Shown here: positions 62,863 through 64,000 of the stretch, one piece after another
Numbering within the stretch: position 1 is the stretch's first letter
Layout of the letters: the number at the start of each line of letters is the position of its first letter
Assembly: GCA_026914245.1 (NCBI GenBank)
Contig: CP110439.1
Span: forward strand, 3,968,001-4,032,000
DNA length: 64,000 nucleotides
Source of the DNA: Puccinia triticina
Taxonomy: Eukaryota
Direction: 5' to 3'
Position numbers and translations under genes: made by a program
Notes under the pieces: model-generated
The model's database searches: none
What the model was told of the DNA's origin: nothing
Seen by the model: only the letters and a program-made list of their open reading frames with translations

Positions 62863-64000
62863 CTAAAGTTCTATCCTGCTCATTTGAAATGGAAACCAGG
62901 AACAATTGAAACAAAAAAGCAACCTGTAATGCAGAAAAGTAAACCAAAATGCCACAAGCCTACTCGCTCTCATTATTGGTTTCATCTTCAGAATCATCAC
63001 TATTGCTACTTCTGACCGCCAATTCCACTTGTTTTTTGCTATGCGTTGAAACTGTGGAGATGTTTGCATCAAGTTCAACTGCTTGCGTTTGTTCAATAGG
63101 TACCAGTTTTATCCATCCCTTTTGTAGCCCGCGTAGGATCTTCCAGGTCGGCTCTATCTTCATGCTTTTGATTGGCTTGTTCCGCAGGCATACTTCAACA
63201 TCCAGTGTGTTTGGCGCAACCACGAGTTTGAGCTTAAAGGCTGCGAGTCCTGCATCTGTGTTGGTACCAGGCCATCCCCGAGAGTCCCCCCCACTTGCAG
63301 CTAAAGGCTCAATTAGCTATGAATTTTGCGTGTTTGAACAGATATGAAGGGGTTTAATATGCTCACAAAAAATTTTCCCTAGTACTTTGGTTAGGTATCT
63401 CTTATTTCCAACAAGGCTTCCTGTTAAAGTGAATGGGAAGTAAGTTAAATGTCCTGCAAGAATATAAAGCCAAAAGTCATACCTCTGCAAACATCTGCAT
63501 ATTCTTTGAAACCAGCAGGTTTCCTTCTGTTATGGATAGTACGTGCCATGTTTGGAGCGTCCACGCTCGGAAGAACTCGGCCAGTATTCAAAGCGACCTC
63601 CGCGCTAGAACCAACCTCCGCGCTAGAACCAACCTCCGCGCTAGAACTGACCTCCGCGCTAGGACTGACCTTGGTGCTAGGAGCAACATCAGTGCTAGTA
63701 ACAACCAGCGGACTCGAACCATTTACCGTACTCAGACCATCTCTCAAACTTGTCCCAACATTGACACCTGGGACAACCTGGCAGCTAGAGCAAGATTGGT
63801 TGGTCGCGCCAATTTGTTTAGGAGCCCCCCCCCTCCCTTGTGTTCCTGCTGCGTACGAGTGGAACCCGCCAATCGGATCGCCCTTGTCCATGAGAGTTCG
63901 CAGGAACTGATTCGCAATGAAGCTTCCTCCCTGAGAAAAAAAATCTGCAGTGTGATCTTGTGATGCAAGTACGAGGAATCCTTCGATATGAGCCTCGTCG
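62863..64000 (-). CDS. 3' part of a spliced hypothetical gene, probably TE-borne, running off the window
   Basis: Open frames EGFLVLASQD..FFSQGGS..FHSYAAG and RGWPGTNT..GWIKLV followed by an acidic tail; 18-bp tandem repeat (cctccgcgctagaaccaa) at about 63596-63680. Exon limits uncertain. Confidence 0.45.

Overview
Eukaryotic (fungal) genomic DNA with spliceosomal introns, most consistent with a rust fungus (Pucciniales, probably Puccinia; inferred from gene families and TE content). Seven host genes can be reconstructed: a DUF726/TMCO4-Mil1-like alpha/beta-hydrolase membrane protein (-), a WRN-type 3'-5' exonuclease (-), a NIPA/DUF803 Mg2+ transporter-like gene (-), a PAQR/HlyIII (Izh-like) membrane protein (+), a 697-aa single-exon secreted candidate effector (+), complex I subunit PSST/NDUFS7 (+, with a GC-AG intron) and a low-complexity conserved protein (+). 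A decayed paralogue of the secreted protein lies at about 44.7-46.1 kb. Two TE-dense blocks flank or interrupt these genes. The 7.9-17.9 kb block holds nested MITEs, solo LTRs and a decayed hAT element, most with readable TIRs and target-site duplications. The 46.6-64 kb block is a CxC1-KDZ transposase gene hit by three separate insertions: an RT-deleted Tad1-like LINE in its 5' intron, an AWT-TSD MITE inserted in frame in the YDIGC motif, and a 6.2-kb segment carrying a DD34E Tc1/IS630-type transposase plus two convergent, related accessory genes that both end in a SAM-like domain. That three-gene module is the most unusual object in the window. All calls are by eye; no database searches were run.
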